From Candidatus Latescibacterota bacterium (GTDB lineage: Bacteria; Latescibacterota; UBA2968): DNA of 64,000 nt. Position 1 is the stretch's first letter, and each line of letters opens with the position of its first letter. Location of the stretch: assembly GCA_965232265.1 (NCBI GenBank), contig CBDDPH010000002.1, positions 1,595,660-1,659,659 on the forward strand, given 5' to 3'. Both the position numbers and the translations under genes were made by a program. The notes beneath the pieces were generated by a model that searched no databases, was not told the origin of the DNA, and was given only the letters and a program-made list of their open reading frames with translations. Shown piece by piece: positions 45,193 through 54,241 of the stretch.

Positions 45193-46764
45193 TCAGGATT
45201 TAAGGGCTAAATCGCGCTGGAGAATTACGAGGGTTATGTCGTCGGTGCGCCGCGCTTTGCCAATAAAGGATTTGACATTGGCGACGAGGTCGGCAATCAG
45301 GTCTGTGGGTGTCTGGTCTATGGATGCGCGTTCGAGGCAACGTATAAATCGGTCGTCGTCAAAGAAGTTGCGTTTGGCATTTTGGGCTTCGACAACACCG
45401 TCGGAATATAATATGAGGCGATCACCGGGCGCGAGTGTTAAATGCGCAACGCGATAAGGCGTTTGGGGGCGCACCAGTGCCGGGATCCCCAGAGGATATC
45501 CCGTGAGGTCGATAAATTGAGAGTGATTGGATAGATGGATCGGTGGACAGTGTCCCGCACTTGCAAGGGTGACTTCGCCAGTGGGTACGTCGAGCACAGC
45601 GATGCAGCATGTAATAAATGTGGTCTGGTCAATCTGACCTTCCAGTGAGTCATTAAGACCGTCGAGAATATCGGCTGGCGCAACGCGATTTTGGCATTCA
45701 TAGCGGAGCATTTCATTGAAACGCACGGCGGTCACTGCTGCTTCCATGGCTTTGCCAGAGACATCGGCAACGACTATGCCGAGTTTTGTTTTGTCTTCAT
45801 CCAACCAGCGGTACGCATAATAATCCCCGCCGACGCTATTGGCGGGAATACACGTTCCGTCGAGTGCAAAACCCGGCAGGTCAGGACTGGATTGCGGCAA
45901 CAGACCCATTTGCATGTCGTGTGCTGTTTGCAATTCATCGCGCATTTCCGAAAATTGTTGTTTGTAGCTTTCCCATTGTCGCGCTTCTTCGCAAAGGGTC
46001 TGGTTGTAGGCCGATGCAAAAATTCCGAGCGCGAGGGGTTGAAAGAGGACGAAGACACCGAACTGGACGAAGGCATTGTCGATGAGGCTATCGGTGAGAG
46101 CGGTTGAGCCTACGAGAATTCCGAGCGCGGTGAGTATAAGCGCGCAGTGGCGAAAAAAACCGTAGCGTTCAACGGCTTTGCGACTTTCGACATAAGCTTC
46201 ATCGATGTGTACCCCCCGGTCTGCTGCCAGAAGATAGATATAAAAACATTTGACAACAAAAATGAGGCCGGGCAAAAATAAGAGACAAGCTGCCGGAATG
46301 ACGGCATAATAAATAATATTTTTGTCTTCTAAGAATCTTCCGATGTTTTCTGGTGCAGCGGGGATATCCCAGGTCGTTTCCCGGGCAACGACCTGTTTGA
46401 ATGCATTGAGCAGGAATGCAAAGAAATCACTGTTCACAAAAACCAGCGCTACAATGAGGGCGAAGCCGAGAATAAAAAACAGGAAGATAAAAATGTTCAT
46501 CGAAAAAAAACGGACGAAACGAATGATCTGCCCAAATAGATCTCGCATGCGGGGTTTTTCCCCTTGCTGCACGCGCAAGATCACTATGGCAAAGCCAGCA
46601 TATAAGCTGCCCAGGAGCAAAGTACCCGATAGCACACTCAGGAGTATTGCCAAAAATGACGCCAGAAACAAAATGGGCAGGTGACTCGCCCAGGTGGATA
46701 TGCCGTCTTTGAGACAGCGAAAGAATTGGAGATTTGCCCGAATGGGGATATCGAGAGGTGTCAT
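45193..46764 (-). CDS. Membrane-anchored PP2C/SpoIIE-family protein phosphatase
   Basis: About 280 aa polytopic N-terminus, then SVGGDYYAY, VADVSGKAMEAA and LILYSDGVVEA motifs. The first ATG is at 46764; the track start at 46800 is TTG. Confidence 0.8.
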   Translation of the reverse strand: MTPLDIPIRANLQFFRCLKDGISTWASHLPILFLASFLAILLSVLSGTLLLGSLYAGFAIVILRVQQGEKPRMRDLFGQIIRFVRFFSMNIFIFLFFILGFALIVALVFVNSDFFAFLLNAFKQVVARETTWDIPAAPENIGRFLEDKNIIYYAVIPAACLLFLPGLIFVVKCFYIYLLAADRGVHIDEAYVESRKAVERYGFFRHCALILTALGILVGSTALTDSLIDNAFVQFGVFVLFQPLALGIFASAYNQTLCEEARQWESYKQQFSEMRDELQTAHDMQMGLLPQSSPDLPGFALDGTCIPANSVGGDYYAYRWLDEDKTKLGIVVADVSGKAMEAAVTAVRFNEMLRYECQNRVAPADILDGLNDSLEGQIDQTTFITCCIAVLDVPTGEVTLASAGHCPPIHLSNHSQFIDLTGYPLGIPALVRPQTPYRVAHLTLAPGDRLILYSDGVVEAQNAKRNFFDDDRFIRCLERASIDQTPTDLIADLVANVKSFIGKARRTDDITLVILQRDLALKS

Positions 46765-46819
46765 GATGTTAGTGGTTAGTAGTCGGACCCAGCCACCCAA
46801 CCCCGATGGGGTGAGGCGG

Positions 46820-46855
46820 GGTAACTGGTAACTGATAACTGGTAACTGGTAACTG
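46820..46855. repeat. Heptamer tandem array (GGTAACT)x5, one GATAACT variant
   Basis: Read directly, in the 57-93 bp spacer between the sigma54-activator stop and the PP2C start. Confidence 0.95.
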
Positions 46856-46857
46856 CT

Positions 46858-48267
46858 TTAAGGTTTTTCTTTGTTGAGTTTGTATTTGCGGTATAGGTGG
46901 CGAAATTGGTCGTAGCTGAGTTTGAGTTGTTTGGCGGCTTCGCGCTGGTTCCAAGACACTTTATCGAGAATGCGCCGCAATAGACTCAGTTCAAAGGATT
47001 GCACTTGTGATTCAAAGCCGTCGTTCAATTCGGATGATTGGGGCACTTGTTGAGAAACTTCGGGTGGCAGGTCGCCGGATTCAATCTCAGTTCCACGGGC
47101 GACACAGGCTGCGCGTTCGGTCGCAAATTTGAGTTCGCGCACATTGCCAGGCCAGCGATATGTCATCAGGCGTTCTATTGCCGCATCGGAAAAATCGCGT
47201 TTTTGCAGGCCCGGTACTTCCTCAACGATTTGCGCGACAAAATAATCGGCCAATGCGGGAATGTCTTCGCGGCGTTCGCGCAACGGGGGCATGTGCAAGA
47301 CTTCAAAGCGCAATCTGTCGTAGAGGTCCTGGCGAAATCGGCCTTCGGCAATTTCCGTTTCGAGGTCGGTATTCGTGGCGGCAATAACGCGAACATCGAC
47401 AAAGATGGGGGTCGCGCTGCCCACGCGCTGAATTTCGCTGTATTCTATGGCACGCAATACGTTTTGCTGAAATTCGGGGGTGGTGTTGCCGATTTCATCG
47501 AGGAATAGGGTGCCGCCACTCGCGGCTTCAAATTTGCCCGTGCGGGCTTCTGTCGCGCCCGTATAAGCCCCTTTTTCGTGTCCAAAGAGTTCGCTTTCGA
47601 GCAATTGGTCGGCAATGGCGGCGCAATTGACTTTGACAAAGGGACGGTCTTTGCGGTCACTGCCATAGTGGATGGCAGCGGCGACGAGTTCTTTGCCCGT
47701 TCCGGGTTCGCCTGTGATGAGCGCGGGTCTGGGGATGGGGGCTACTGTCTGCGCTCGCTGGAGGATTTGCTGGAGTTTGGGGCTGGAGCCGATGATTTGA
47801 TAGCGCTTGCCAAATTCGTCCCGGTAGAATTGGTTTTCGCGCCCCAGGTCCTGAACTTCGGCCCGCAGTTGGGCGTTTTCTTTAAGTGCTTGATAAACGC
47901 GGTCGAGTTTTTCAAGGCTGAGTTCGATTTTGTCTTCGATATAAAAGTCTTTTTCAATAAAGTCTGTGGCGCCCAATCGCAGTGCAGCCACGGCAGTATC
48001 TATTGTACCCTGTCCGGTGAGCATAATGACGGGCAGGTCGGGGACCGATTCGAGCATTTGTGGCAAAATTTCGAGGCCATCGGGTTCATCGGGTCCGTAA
48101 TCGAGGTCGAGAATGGCTAGGCCAATCTGATTGGGATGCTGTTGCAGATATGTTAGCGCTTCGCGCCCGGTAGAGAAGGCATGGACCTTGCGCGTGTCGT
48201 CTCGCAGGCTTCGAATCAGCATGTCGAGGACTTCTATCTGGTCGTCAGCAACGATAATTTCGGTCAT
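46858..48267 (-). CDS. Sigma54-dependent response regulator (NtrC family: receiver + AAA+ + Fis HTH)
   Basis: Receiver D (LAILDLD), Walker A GEPGTGKE, GAFTGA-equivalent ESELFGHEKGAYTGA, C-terminal HTH NQREAAKQLKLS. Confidence 0.9.
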   Translation of the reverse strand: MTEIIVADDQIEVLDMLIRSLRDDTRKVHAFSTGREALTYLQQHPNQIGLAILDLDYGPDEPDGLEILPQMLESVPDLPVIMLTGQGTIDTAVAALRLGATDFIEKDFYIEDKIELSLEKLDRVYQALKENAQLRAEVQDLGRENQFYRDEFGKRYQIIGSSPKLQQILQRAQTVAPIPRPALITGEPGTGKELVAAAIHYGSDRKDRPFVKVNCAAIADQLLESELFGHEKGAYTGATEARTGKFEAASGGTLFLDEIGNTTPEFQQNVLRAIEYSEIQRVGSATPIFVDVRVIAATNTDLETEIAEGRFRQDLYDRLRFEVLHMPPLRERREDIPALADYFVAQIVEEVPGLQKRDFSDAAIERLMTYRWPGNVRELKFATERAACVARGTEIESGDLPPEVSQQVPQSSELNDGFESQVQSFELSLLRRILDKVSWNQREAAKQLKLSYDQFRHLYRKYKLNKEKP

Positions 48268-48278
48268 GGGAGAGGGTC

Positions 48279-49532
48279 TTATTGAATAAATTCTTCAGCT
48301 ATGGGATCGCGCGAGGTGTCGGGAACGCTGTGTTGCAGGCCAATGCTGTCTTGTTGTGTTGAGACTTCAAAATCGACGGGCAGGTCAATGCGAAAAACCG
48401 CGCCTGCACCCGGACGACTAATCACGCGCAACGTGCCGCGGTGTGCCGCTGCAATGCGAGAGGTTATGCTCAGCCCATAGCCATTGCCCCGTTCTCGCGT
48501 TGAAAATCCAGGGTCAAATATGCGGGTTTGCAAATTTTCGGGAATGCCGGGACCATTGTCTTCCACTTCAATATATACCGAACTGCGCTCTGTATCGGCG
48601 CCGACCTGTACTGTTACCACGCCATTGTCTTCAATGGCTTCGATGGCGTTGAGGGTCAGGTTTGTGACGGCTTCAGATAACATGCCAGCGTCCGCTATTA
48701 CCTGAGGTACATGAGGTTCGGCAGCAAAGATGAGTTCTTTGTTCCCCACTCGTGCAGAGAGTTTTTGGGTCATTTTTTTGATGAGTTGAGGCACATCAAC
48801 CAGCGTGGGGTTCAGGGTGTCTTGTTTCATAGACCGCAAGTAGGCAACCCATTGGCTGTAGATGTGTTCCTGTTCGTGTGCGATGTCTTTCAGATCATCC
48901 AAACCGTCGGTATTTGGCGGTAAATTGCGTATGGCGCGGCGCATTCGGCTGCCGGAGAGCCCCATCAGGTTTTTGATGCGGTGACCGTGCGTGTAGAGGC
49001 TTTCATAGACCTGTGCGCGCCCAAGGTCTATGAGTTCGAGAGATAGGCGGGCGAGAATGCTCGATGCTCTGACGCCAAATTCTTCGGTGATGCTTGCGTA
49101 TTCGCGTTCCATTTGTGCCGGGCTCAGGTGTTGAAAGAGCAATCGGGCGAGGTTGCGATAAGGGAGCATGTAATCGGGTTCGAGGTGTATGGCGATTTTA
49201 AATTCGCCAAGAGCCGATAGGATTTGCCCATTTTGCATGAGCAAAACGCCCAGGTTGTTGTGCCCGGGCGCGAAGAGGGGATCGGCTTCTAAACCCCGGC
49301 GGTAAACGGCGATGGCTCGAGATGCGTTTTCCGGGAAGTCATCGAGCAGGCTGCCCAACAAAAAACAGACGCGGTCCATTTCTTCGCCTTGGTCATCGAC
49401 AGACAAAATGTATTCGAGGTGTTCAACCGCTTTTTTGTAGTCGCCCGAGCCTGGCGCTGCCCCGCGTGCGTGTTGCAGTGCCTTATGGAAACGGGATTCT
49501 ATGTCTGGGGCTATGTTCAGGGTATTGGACAT
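48279..49532 (-). CDS. Cytoplasmic sensor histidine kinase with N-terminal TPR repeats
   Basis: TPR helices, H-box-like HGHRIKNLMG, N box NLTLNAIEA, G1 DNGPGIP, G2 GNGYGL. No TM segment. Confidence 0.75.
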   Translation of the reverse strand: MSNTLNIAPDIESRFHKALQHARGAAPGSGDYKKAVEHLEYILSVDDQGEEMDRVCFLLGSLLDDFPENASRAIAVYRRGLEADPLFAPGHNNLGVLLMQNGQILSALGEFKIAIHLEPDYMLPYRNLARLLFQHLSPAQMEREYASITEEFGVRASSILARLSLELIDLGRAQVYESLYTHGHRIKNLMGLSGSRMRRAIRNLPPNTDGLDDLKDIAHEQEHIYSQWVAYLRSMKQDTLNPTLVDVPQLIKKMTQKLSARVGNKELIFAAEPHVPQVIADAGMLSEAVTNLTLNAIEAIEDNGVVTVQVGADTERSSVYIEVEDNGPGIPENLQTRIFDPGFSTRERGNGYGLSITSRIAAAHRGTLRVISRPGAGAVFRIDLPVDFEVSTQQDSIGLQHSVPDTSRDPIAEEFIQ

Positions 49533-49554
49533 GTCTGTACTTGCGCGCTATAAC

Positions 49555-51141
49555 CTACGCCTCTGCGTCTTTTGAGGTGTCGGATTTGCCGTTTTCCCCT
49601 GCCGTTTGTTCGCCGTTCATTTTGCCCAAAAATTCGGGCAATTCAAGCCCTGCCAGACGCGCCAGATCGTGCATGGGCGGTATGGCACCCATGAGGCGCT
49701 GTCCCAGGTTGGACATGCCGCTCTCGCCATTGCCGCTGTCCCAGACCATTACTTTGTCGATGGGTAAGTTGCTAATGGCTTCTGCCTGGATGTTGGCGAC
49801 TTCGGTGAGGCGTTCGATGATCAGAAAGGCCGCTGCTGCCTGGTCGTTGCTGCCACAGGCTTCAACGAGTTGTCTGTATCCTTCGGCTTTGGCATTGAGA
49901 ATGGCCTGAGTCCCCTCGGCTTCTGCCTGTTTTTGTGCGAGGATAGCAGCGGCTTCACCTTCGGCAATAAGCCGTAGCTGTTCTTTTTCGGCTTCTGCTT
50001 GAACGACCTGGCGCTGTTTTTCGGCTTCTGCCTGGACGACGATTTCTGCACGCAGGCGGGCTTCTTCGCGCAGTGCGCGGGCGTCTTCGGCTGCTTTTTC
50101 CGCGGTTTCCTGGGCAACGCGAATGGCGCCGTCTGTGGCTTTGGTCGCTTCTTCTGCTTGTCGGCGCGCTTCTTCTTCTGCCACGCGTTGTCCCGCGCGA
50201 TAGCCCGCTGTTTTTGCTTCTGCTTCTGTTTCTGATTGTACGGCTTCCGCTTCGAGAGCGGCGACATTTTGGCGTTTGTCTCGCCCGGCCTGTGCTTCGC
50301 CAATTTCGGCTTCTGATTCGAGTGCGGCAACTTGTCGTCGTCTGTCGCGTGCAGCTTCAGATTCACCGATTTCTGCTTCTGATTCGAGTGCGGCGACCTG
50401 TCGGCGTCTGTTTCGCGCGGCTTCGGCTTCGCCAACTTCGGCTTCAGATTCAGCCGCGGCGACATCCCGACGGCGGTCGCGTGCGCGTTCGGCCACGCCA
50501 ACCTGCCCGTGTCGTTCTTGTTCGGCCACGTCGATAGATGCTTGGTTCACGGCTTCAGCGGCAGCTTTTTGGCCGATGGCTTTGATGTAGCCGCTTTCGT
50601 CGTCGAGGTCTTTGATATTGACATTGATAACGGCCAGACCAATTTTTTCCATTTCAGTGGAGACGGCATCATTTACTTTGGTCATAAATGCCTGTCGATC
50701 CTGGTTGATTTCTTCAATTTGCATGGTTGCAATGACTGCGCGCATCTGGCCGAGGATGATGTCCTGTGCCTGACTCTGGATTTGATCGCGGGAAAGGCCC
50801 AGGAGGCGAATGGCCGCGTTTTGCATGACGCCGGGCTGATTGGAGATGGCTGCTGTGACTGTGGTGGGCACGGATACGCGGATGTTTTCCTGTGATAGCG
50901 CGTTGTCCAGGTCGATGGGTACGACAAAGGGTTCGAGGTCGAGGTATTCATAGTCCTGCAAAAGGGGCAGGACAAAAGCTGCGCCACCGTGTACACATTT
51001 TGCGGCTGTGCCACCCCCTGTTTTGCCGTAGATAACGAGAATTTTATTGGATGGACAGCGCTTATAACGCGAGATGAATGTGAGGAATAGCAGGCAGACA
51101 ACGGCTGCGAGGATAATGGTGAGTAAAAGTTCGGTAGGCAT
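49555..51141 (-). CDS. Flotillin / SPFH (band 7) family protein (YqiK-like)
   Basis: N-terminal TM, SPFH core, long Ala/Glu-rich coiled coil. Start set to the ATG at 51141 after a GGGAGGG RBS. Confidence 0.85.
   Translation of the reverse strand: MPTELLLTIILAAVVCLLFLTFISRYKRCPSNKILVIYGKTGGGTAAKCVHGGAAFVLPLLQDYEYLDLEPFVVPIDLDNALSQENIRVSVPTTVTAAISNQPGVMQNAAIRLLGLSRDQIQSQAQDIILGQMRAVIATMQIEEINQDRQAFMTKVNDAVSTEMEKIGLAVINVNIKDLDDESGYIKAIGQKAAAEAVNQASIDVAEQERHGQVGVAERARDRRRDVAAAESEAEVGEAEAARNRRRQVAALESEAEIGESEAARDRRRQVAALESEAEIGEAQAGRDKRQNVAALEAEAVQSETEAEAKTAGYRAGQRVAEEEARRQAEEATKATDGAIRVAQETAEKAAEDARALREEARLRAEIVVQAEAEKQRQVVQAEAEKEQLRLIAEGEAAAILAQKQAEAEGTQAILNAKAEGYRQLVEACGSNDQAAAAFLIIERLTEVANIQAEAISNLPIDKVMVWDSGNGESGMSNLGQRLMGAIPPMHDLARLAGLELPEFLGKMNGEQTAGENGKSDTSKDAEA
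50243..50490. repeat. Tandem ~60-bp (20 aa) repeats inside the flotillin coiled coil
   Basis: Peptide units AARDRRRQVAALESEAEIGE repeated 4-5 times with variation. The DNA period is visible directly. Confidence 0.8.
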
Positions 51142-51163
51142 TCGTCCCTCCCTTTGTTCAAGA

Positions 51164-51766
51164 TTAAACGGGTTCGACTTCAACTGTGGTTATGTCGAGT
51201 GTTCGCAATACGCGAACCGGTGTCTTGTTTTGAATGGATTGCCCCGATTTGCTGCGCGCAGAGATGTAGTTGACGGCTCCGCTTTCCATTACGCGAATTT
51301 GACCGGTGCCATTTTCGGGGATGTCGATATAGACTTCGCCTTCATTGCCGATGCAGGACGATAGGTTTCGGTTATGCGATTCGGAGAGGTGCTGCACTTT
51401 GTAGAAGAAGTAGGCCACCAAAGCCATGCCTGCGCCGCCCCATATAACACCACGTAAAACCGAATTTTCGATAGAGAGACCCGCATCGAGATAGAGGGCA
51501 CCGGCCCATCCAAAGAGCATCCCAAAGGCGATTACAGAACGCACCGAGAGCAACTTAAAGGCGACGATGCCGTGATCGTGGGGGCCACCATCCACATCTG
51601 GCCCCACATCGTCGGCGCTGAGGTCATCCTGGGCAATGCCATCTGCCGAATCACTCAGGCCGATGAGTGTGGTGATAAATTGCCATAGGAATAGGACACT
51701 GAAAAAGACAGCAACGCCGTAAAATGCCTGATTGAGAGGCGCGAGTTCTGACCACCATGCCTGCAT
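51164..51766 (-). CDS. NfeD/YqiJ-like membrane protein with C-terminal OB-fold
   Basis: Four TM helices plus C-terminal GEVYIDIPENGTGQIRV...ISARS...VRVLR beta-rich tail. Located upstream of flotillin, as in yqiJK. Start at 51766 after a GGAGG RBS. Confidence 0.7.
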   Translation of the reverse strand: MQAWWSELAPLNQAFYGVAVFFSVLFLWQFITTLIGLSDSADGIAQDDLSADDVGPDVDGGPHDHGIVAFKLLSVRSVIAFGMLFGWAGALYLDAGLSIENSVLRGVIWGGAGMALVAYFFYKVQHLSESHNRNLSSCIGNEGEVYIDIPENGTGQIRVMESGAVNYISARSKSGQSIQNKTPVRVLRTLDITTVEVEPV

Positions 51767-51879
51767 ATTAACCTCCAGAAATCGATTGCGCGTTCCATCA
51801 ACCATTTTGGGTGTAGGAACCTGTTATTCCCAAATTTGTCCATGCAAGGAGCGAAAAGCAAGAGTTATTTCTTATCCGG

Positions 51880-52470
51880 TCATCCGGGTTGTAGGCCGAG
51901 CTTGCGAAATTCGCTTTTGAGTTGGCGGCGCGCACGACAGAGCCAGGTTTTTACGGTTCCAAGCGGAACGCGAAGTGCTTGTGTGATTTCTTCGTAGGAC
52001 CAGTCCATGACGTAGCGCAGCCACATGGCTTTGCGATAGCGTTCGGGCAAGTTTTGAATGCTTTTTTGGACCAGTTTTATGCGTTCGCGTTTTTCGACGA
52101 TTTGGTCTGGTAGCTCACCGGGTATGAGGTCGCGGAGGACGTTGTGTACGACTTCGGGGTCTTCGGTTTGATAGACCCAGTTTTTCCGAACTTGTTGCGA
52201 GCGCAGGTGGGAGCGATAGAGGTTGAGGGCAATTTGCGTGAGCCAGGTCGAAAATGCTGCCTGCCCTTTGAATGTGTGGAGCGAGCGATAGGCGCGAAAA
52301 AATGTGTCTTGCATCAGGTCGTCAATGGTGTCGCGGTCCGAGATGCGCTGCGCGAGGGTGCCGTAGATCTGACTTTGATATTTGTGGTAGAGCGTTTCAA
52401 ATGCCCGGCAGTCGCCCGAAAGGGATGCGCGAATCAGATTTTGATCCTGTGTTTTCACTTTTTTCTCCAT
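51880..52470 (-). CDS. ECF-type RNA polymerase sigma-70 family factor
   Basis: Region 2 (DDLMQDTFFRAYRSL) and region 4 (SYEEITQALRVPLGTVKTWLCRARRQL). Confidence 0.9.
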   Translation of the reverse strand: MEKKVKTQDQNLIRASLSGDCRAFETLYHKYQSQIYGTLAQRISDRDTIDDLMQDTFFRAYRSLHTFKGQAAFSTWLTQIALNLYRSHLRSQQVRKNWVYQTEDPEVVHNVLRDLIPGELPDQIVEKRERIKLVQKSIQNLPERYRKAMWLRYVMDWSYEEITQALRVPLGTVKTWLCRARRQLKSEFRKLGLQPG

Positions 52471-52536
52471 TCGTTAAGATAATTTTTTTATTACTATCAT
52501 TTTATTTTTGCCAAGACGAAAAGACAGATTTTTCCG

Positions 52537-52710
52537 TCAGTCTTCTCTTTTGATCAATCGCCAACCGATCCCGATACAGACAACTGCGACGGCGAGTCCG
52601 ATCAGGTTGAGGATAGACTCCAATAGAGAACCGATGAGTGGGAAGAGAACGGTATAGACAATATAGCCGCCAATGATGATGAATACGATGCCGATGAGTT
52701 TTGCCAACAT
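52537..52710 (-). CDS. Small membrane protein (57 aa), below the ORF-track length cutoff
   Basis: MLAKLIGIVFIIIGGYIVYTVLFPLIGSLLESILNLIGLAVAVVCIGIGWRLIKRED: two hydrophobic helices. It fills an otherwise empty 270-bp gap on the cluster strand. Confidence 0.5.
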   Translation of the reverse strand: MLAKLIGIVFIIIGGYIVYTVLFPLIGSLLESILNLIGLAVAVVCIGIGWRLIKRED

Positions 52711-52741
52711 GGGATGTCCTTTTTATTTATGAGGTGGTCCG

Positions 52742-53098
52742 TCAATCCGAGATGGTCTGCGAAGGTGAAAGTGACTTGATGGGTGAGCGGCTTTCGAGAC
52801 GCTCGAGTTTGTCGTCGTTTGTGATGACGATGTCTTGAAGGTCAATGAGGCGTTTTTCGAGTTCTTTCACGCGTTTTGAAAGTTTTTCAGACAGGTTGTT
52901 GTTTGTCGATCTGTTTCTTTTTTTATTTTCTGACTCAAATGTGAATACGAGGGTGACAATGGTAATGGCGGCCATTGCCATCCAGGCTGTTCCCAGGATG
53001 AGACCACCTCCAAATGTTGGGTGTTCGATATAGACAATTGTACCGCCTGCAAGCGTAATCAGACTGATACCAACCGTGAGTGTAAGAAAGATACGCAT
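52742..53098 (-). CDS. PspB-like membrane protein, paralog 3 (two TM + C-terminal amphipathic helix)
   Basis: C-terminal KRVKELEKRLIDLQDIVITNDDKLERLE is shared with the two upstream paralogs. GGGAGG RBS. Confidence 0.5.
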   Translation of the reverse strand: MRIFLTLTVGISLITLAGGTIVYIEHPTFGGGLILGTAWMAMAAITIVTLVFTFESENKKRNRSTNNNLSEKLSKRVKELEKRLIDLQDIVITNDDKLERLESRSPIKSLSPSQTISD

Positions 53099-53121
53099 GG
53101 TGTCCTCCCTGTTCGTTTAAG

Positions 53122-53343
53122 TTAGCGTGCAATGGGCGATCGGTCGAATTTTTCGTCCATGGTGATGAGGATGTCCTGAATGTCGGTGAGTCTGCGGTCG
53201 AGTTCGTCCATTCTCTCATTCAAGCGTTTTTCCGCATCGCTGGGGATGGAGCCTTTTGTGCGGCGATCGATGTATTTGTGTGCCGCTGATACAATGGCTG
53301 ATACGAGGATAATCAAAGATATGCCAATAAAAAAATTGGTCAC
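53122..53343 (-). CDS. PspB-like membrane protein, paralog 2
   Basis: One TM, then SIPSDAEKRLNERMDELDRRLTDIQDILITMDEKF. GTG start at 53343, 5 nt after a GGGAGGG RBS, is preferred over the overlapping ATG at 53379. Confidence 0.5.
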   Translation of the reverse strand: MTNFFIGISLIILVSAIVSAAHKYIDRRTKGSIPSDAEKRLNERMDELDRRLTDIQDILITMDEKFDRSPIAR

Positions 53344-53353
53344 GGTGCCCTCC

Positions 53354-53551
53354 CTATTTTCTGCTGAGTTTTTCGTCAATGGTGATCATGACGTCCTGAA
53401 TGTCCGTGAGTCTGCGGTCGAGTTCATCCATTCTGGCGTTTATGCGTTCTTCTGCATCGCTGGGGATAGAGCCTTTTGTGCGTTGTTCAATATATTTATA
53501 CGCCGCTGATGCAAGAATGATTATCGCTACCATGATGCCAATTTCAAACAT
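53354..53551 (-). CDS. PspB-like membrane protein, paralog 1
   Basis: 65 aa: one TM, then SIPSDAEERINARMDELDRRLTDIQDVMITIDEKL. The architecture parallels E. coli PspB (TM + ...RMRERIQALESILD). Confidence 0.5.
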   Translation of the reverse strand: MFEIGIMVAIIILASAAYKYIEQRTKGSIPSDAEERINARMDELDRRLTDIQDVMITIDEKLSRK

Positions 53552-53572
53552 TATTTATCCCTCCCATACACA

Positions 53573-54241
53573 TTAGAGTTCATCCACGGGTCGCGCGCGG
53601 TATTTTTCATCCCAGCGTTCGATTTCCGGAAAGTAGTAAACGACCAGTCCGGAATCCGATATTCGCATTTCCGCATGACCACTTATGGTTAATTCTCGCA
53701 GGATTTCTTCGGTTTTTTCAACTGTTATTCTGGTGTCCATGGCGGCTTCTGTCACGGTGAGGCTGCCCCCTTTTTCCCGGGCGAGACGGAGTATGCGATG
53801 CTGATTTTTGGCATGTGCTTTTTTGTCTCCCGATCTTTTGACCCTGCGACCTGCCCACCATATAAGTTGAGAGAATACGATTATAAAGAGGCCAGCACTG
53901 AGTTCTTCGTGCCTGAATGGGTTTGTGTCTGCCCAGGGGGGATGTTCTACCAGTGTAATGAGTACGAGCATGAGGCCGCAAAATCCCATAAGTGCAGCCA
54001 TTCCTATTAAGCCATAAGCGAAGAGATAACGCATGGCACAGCTCCCATCGGTGGCGAGGTCAGAGAGGCGGTCGGGCACGCGCTTGAATGAATGGGTTGC
54101 GGTTTGGAAATCACTGCTCGCGCTGTGAACGCGCGCATCCCAGTTTCCCTTCCATTTCTTTTTTATTTTTCGCTCCGCATCGTTGACCGTGCGGTCAATT
54201 TTGCTGGCGATTTCATCGGCGAGTTTTTCCAGGTCACGCAT
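53573..54241 (-). CDS. PspA-associated membrane protein, unknown function (2 TM + C-terminal winged-helix-like domain)
   Basis: 222 aa. Start overlaps the pspA stop by 8 nt. The C-terminus LRLAREKGGSLTVTEAAMDTRITVEKTEEILRELT resembles a wHTH. Confidence 0.5.
   Translation of the reverse strand: MRDLEKLADEIASKIDRTVNDAERKIKKKWKGNWDARVHSASSDFQTATHSFKRVPDRLSDLATDGSCAMRYLFAYGLIGMAALMGFCGLMLVLITLVEHPPWADTNPFRHEELSAGLFIIVFSQLIWWAGRRVKRSGDKKAHAKNQHRILRLAREKGGSLTVTEAAMDTRITVEKTEEILRELTISGHAEMRISDSGLVVYYFPEIERWDEKYRARPVDEL

Noticed and set aside
49821-50590. Multiple alternative-frame ORFs inside the flotillin gene
   Set aside because: They are produced by the Ala/Glu/Arg repeat-coding DNA. The flotillin frame has a TM, SPFH core and RBS.
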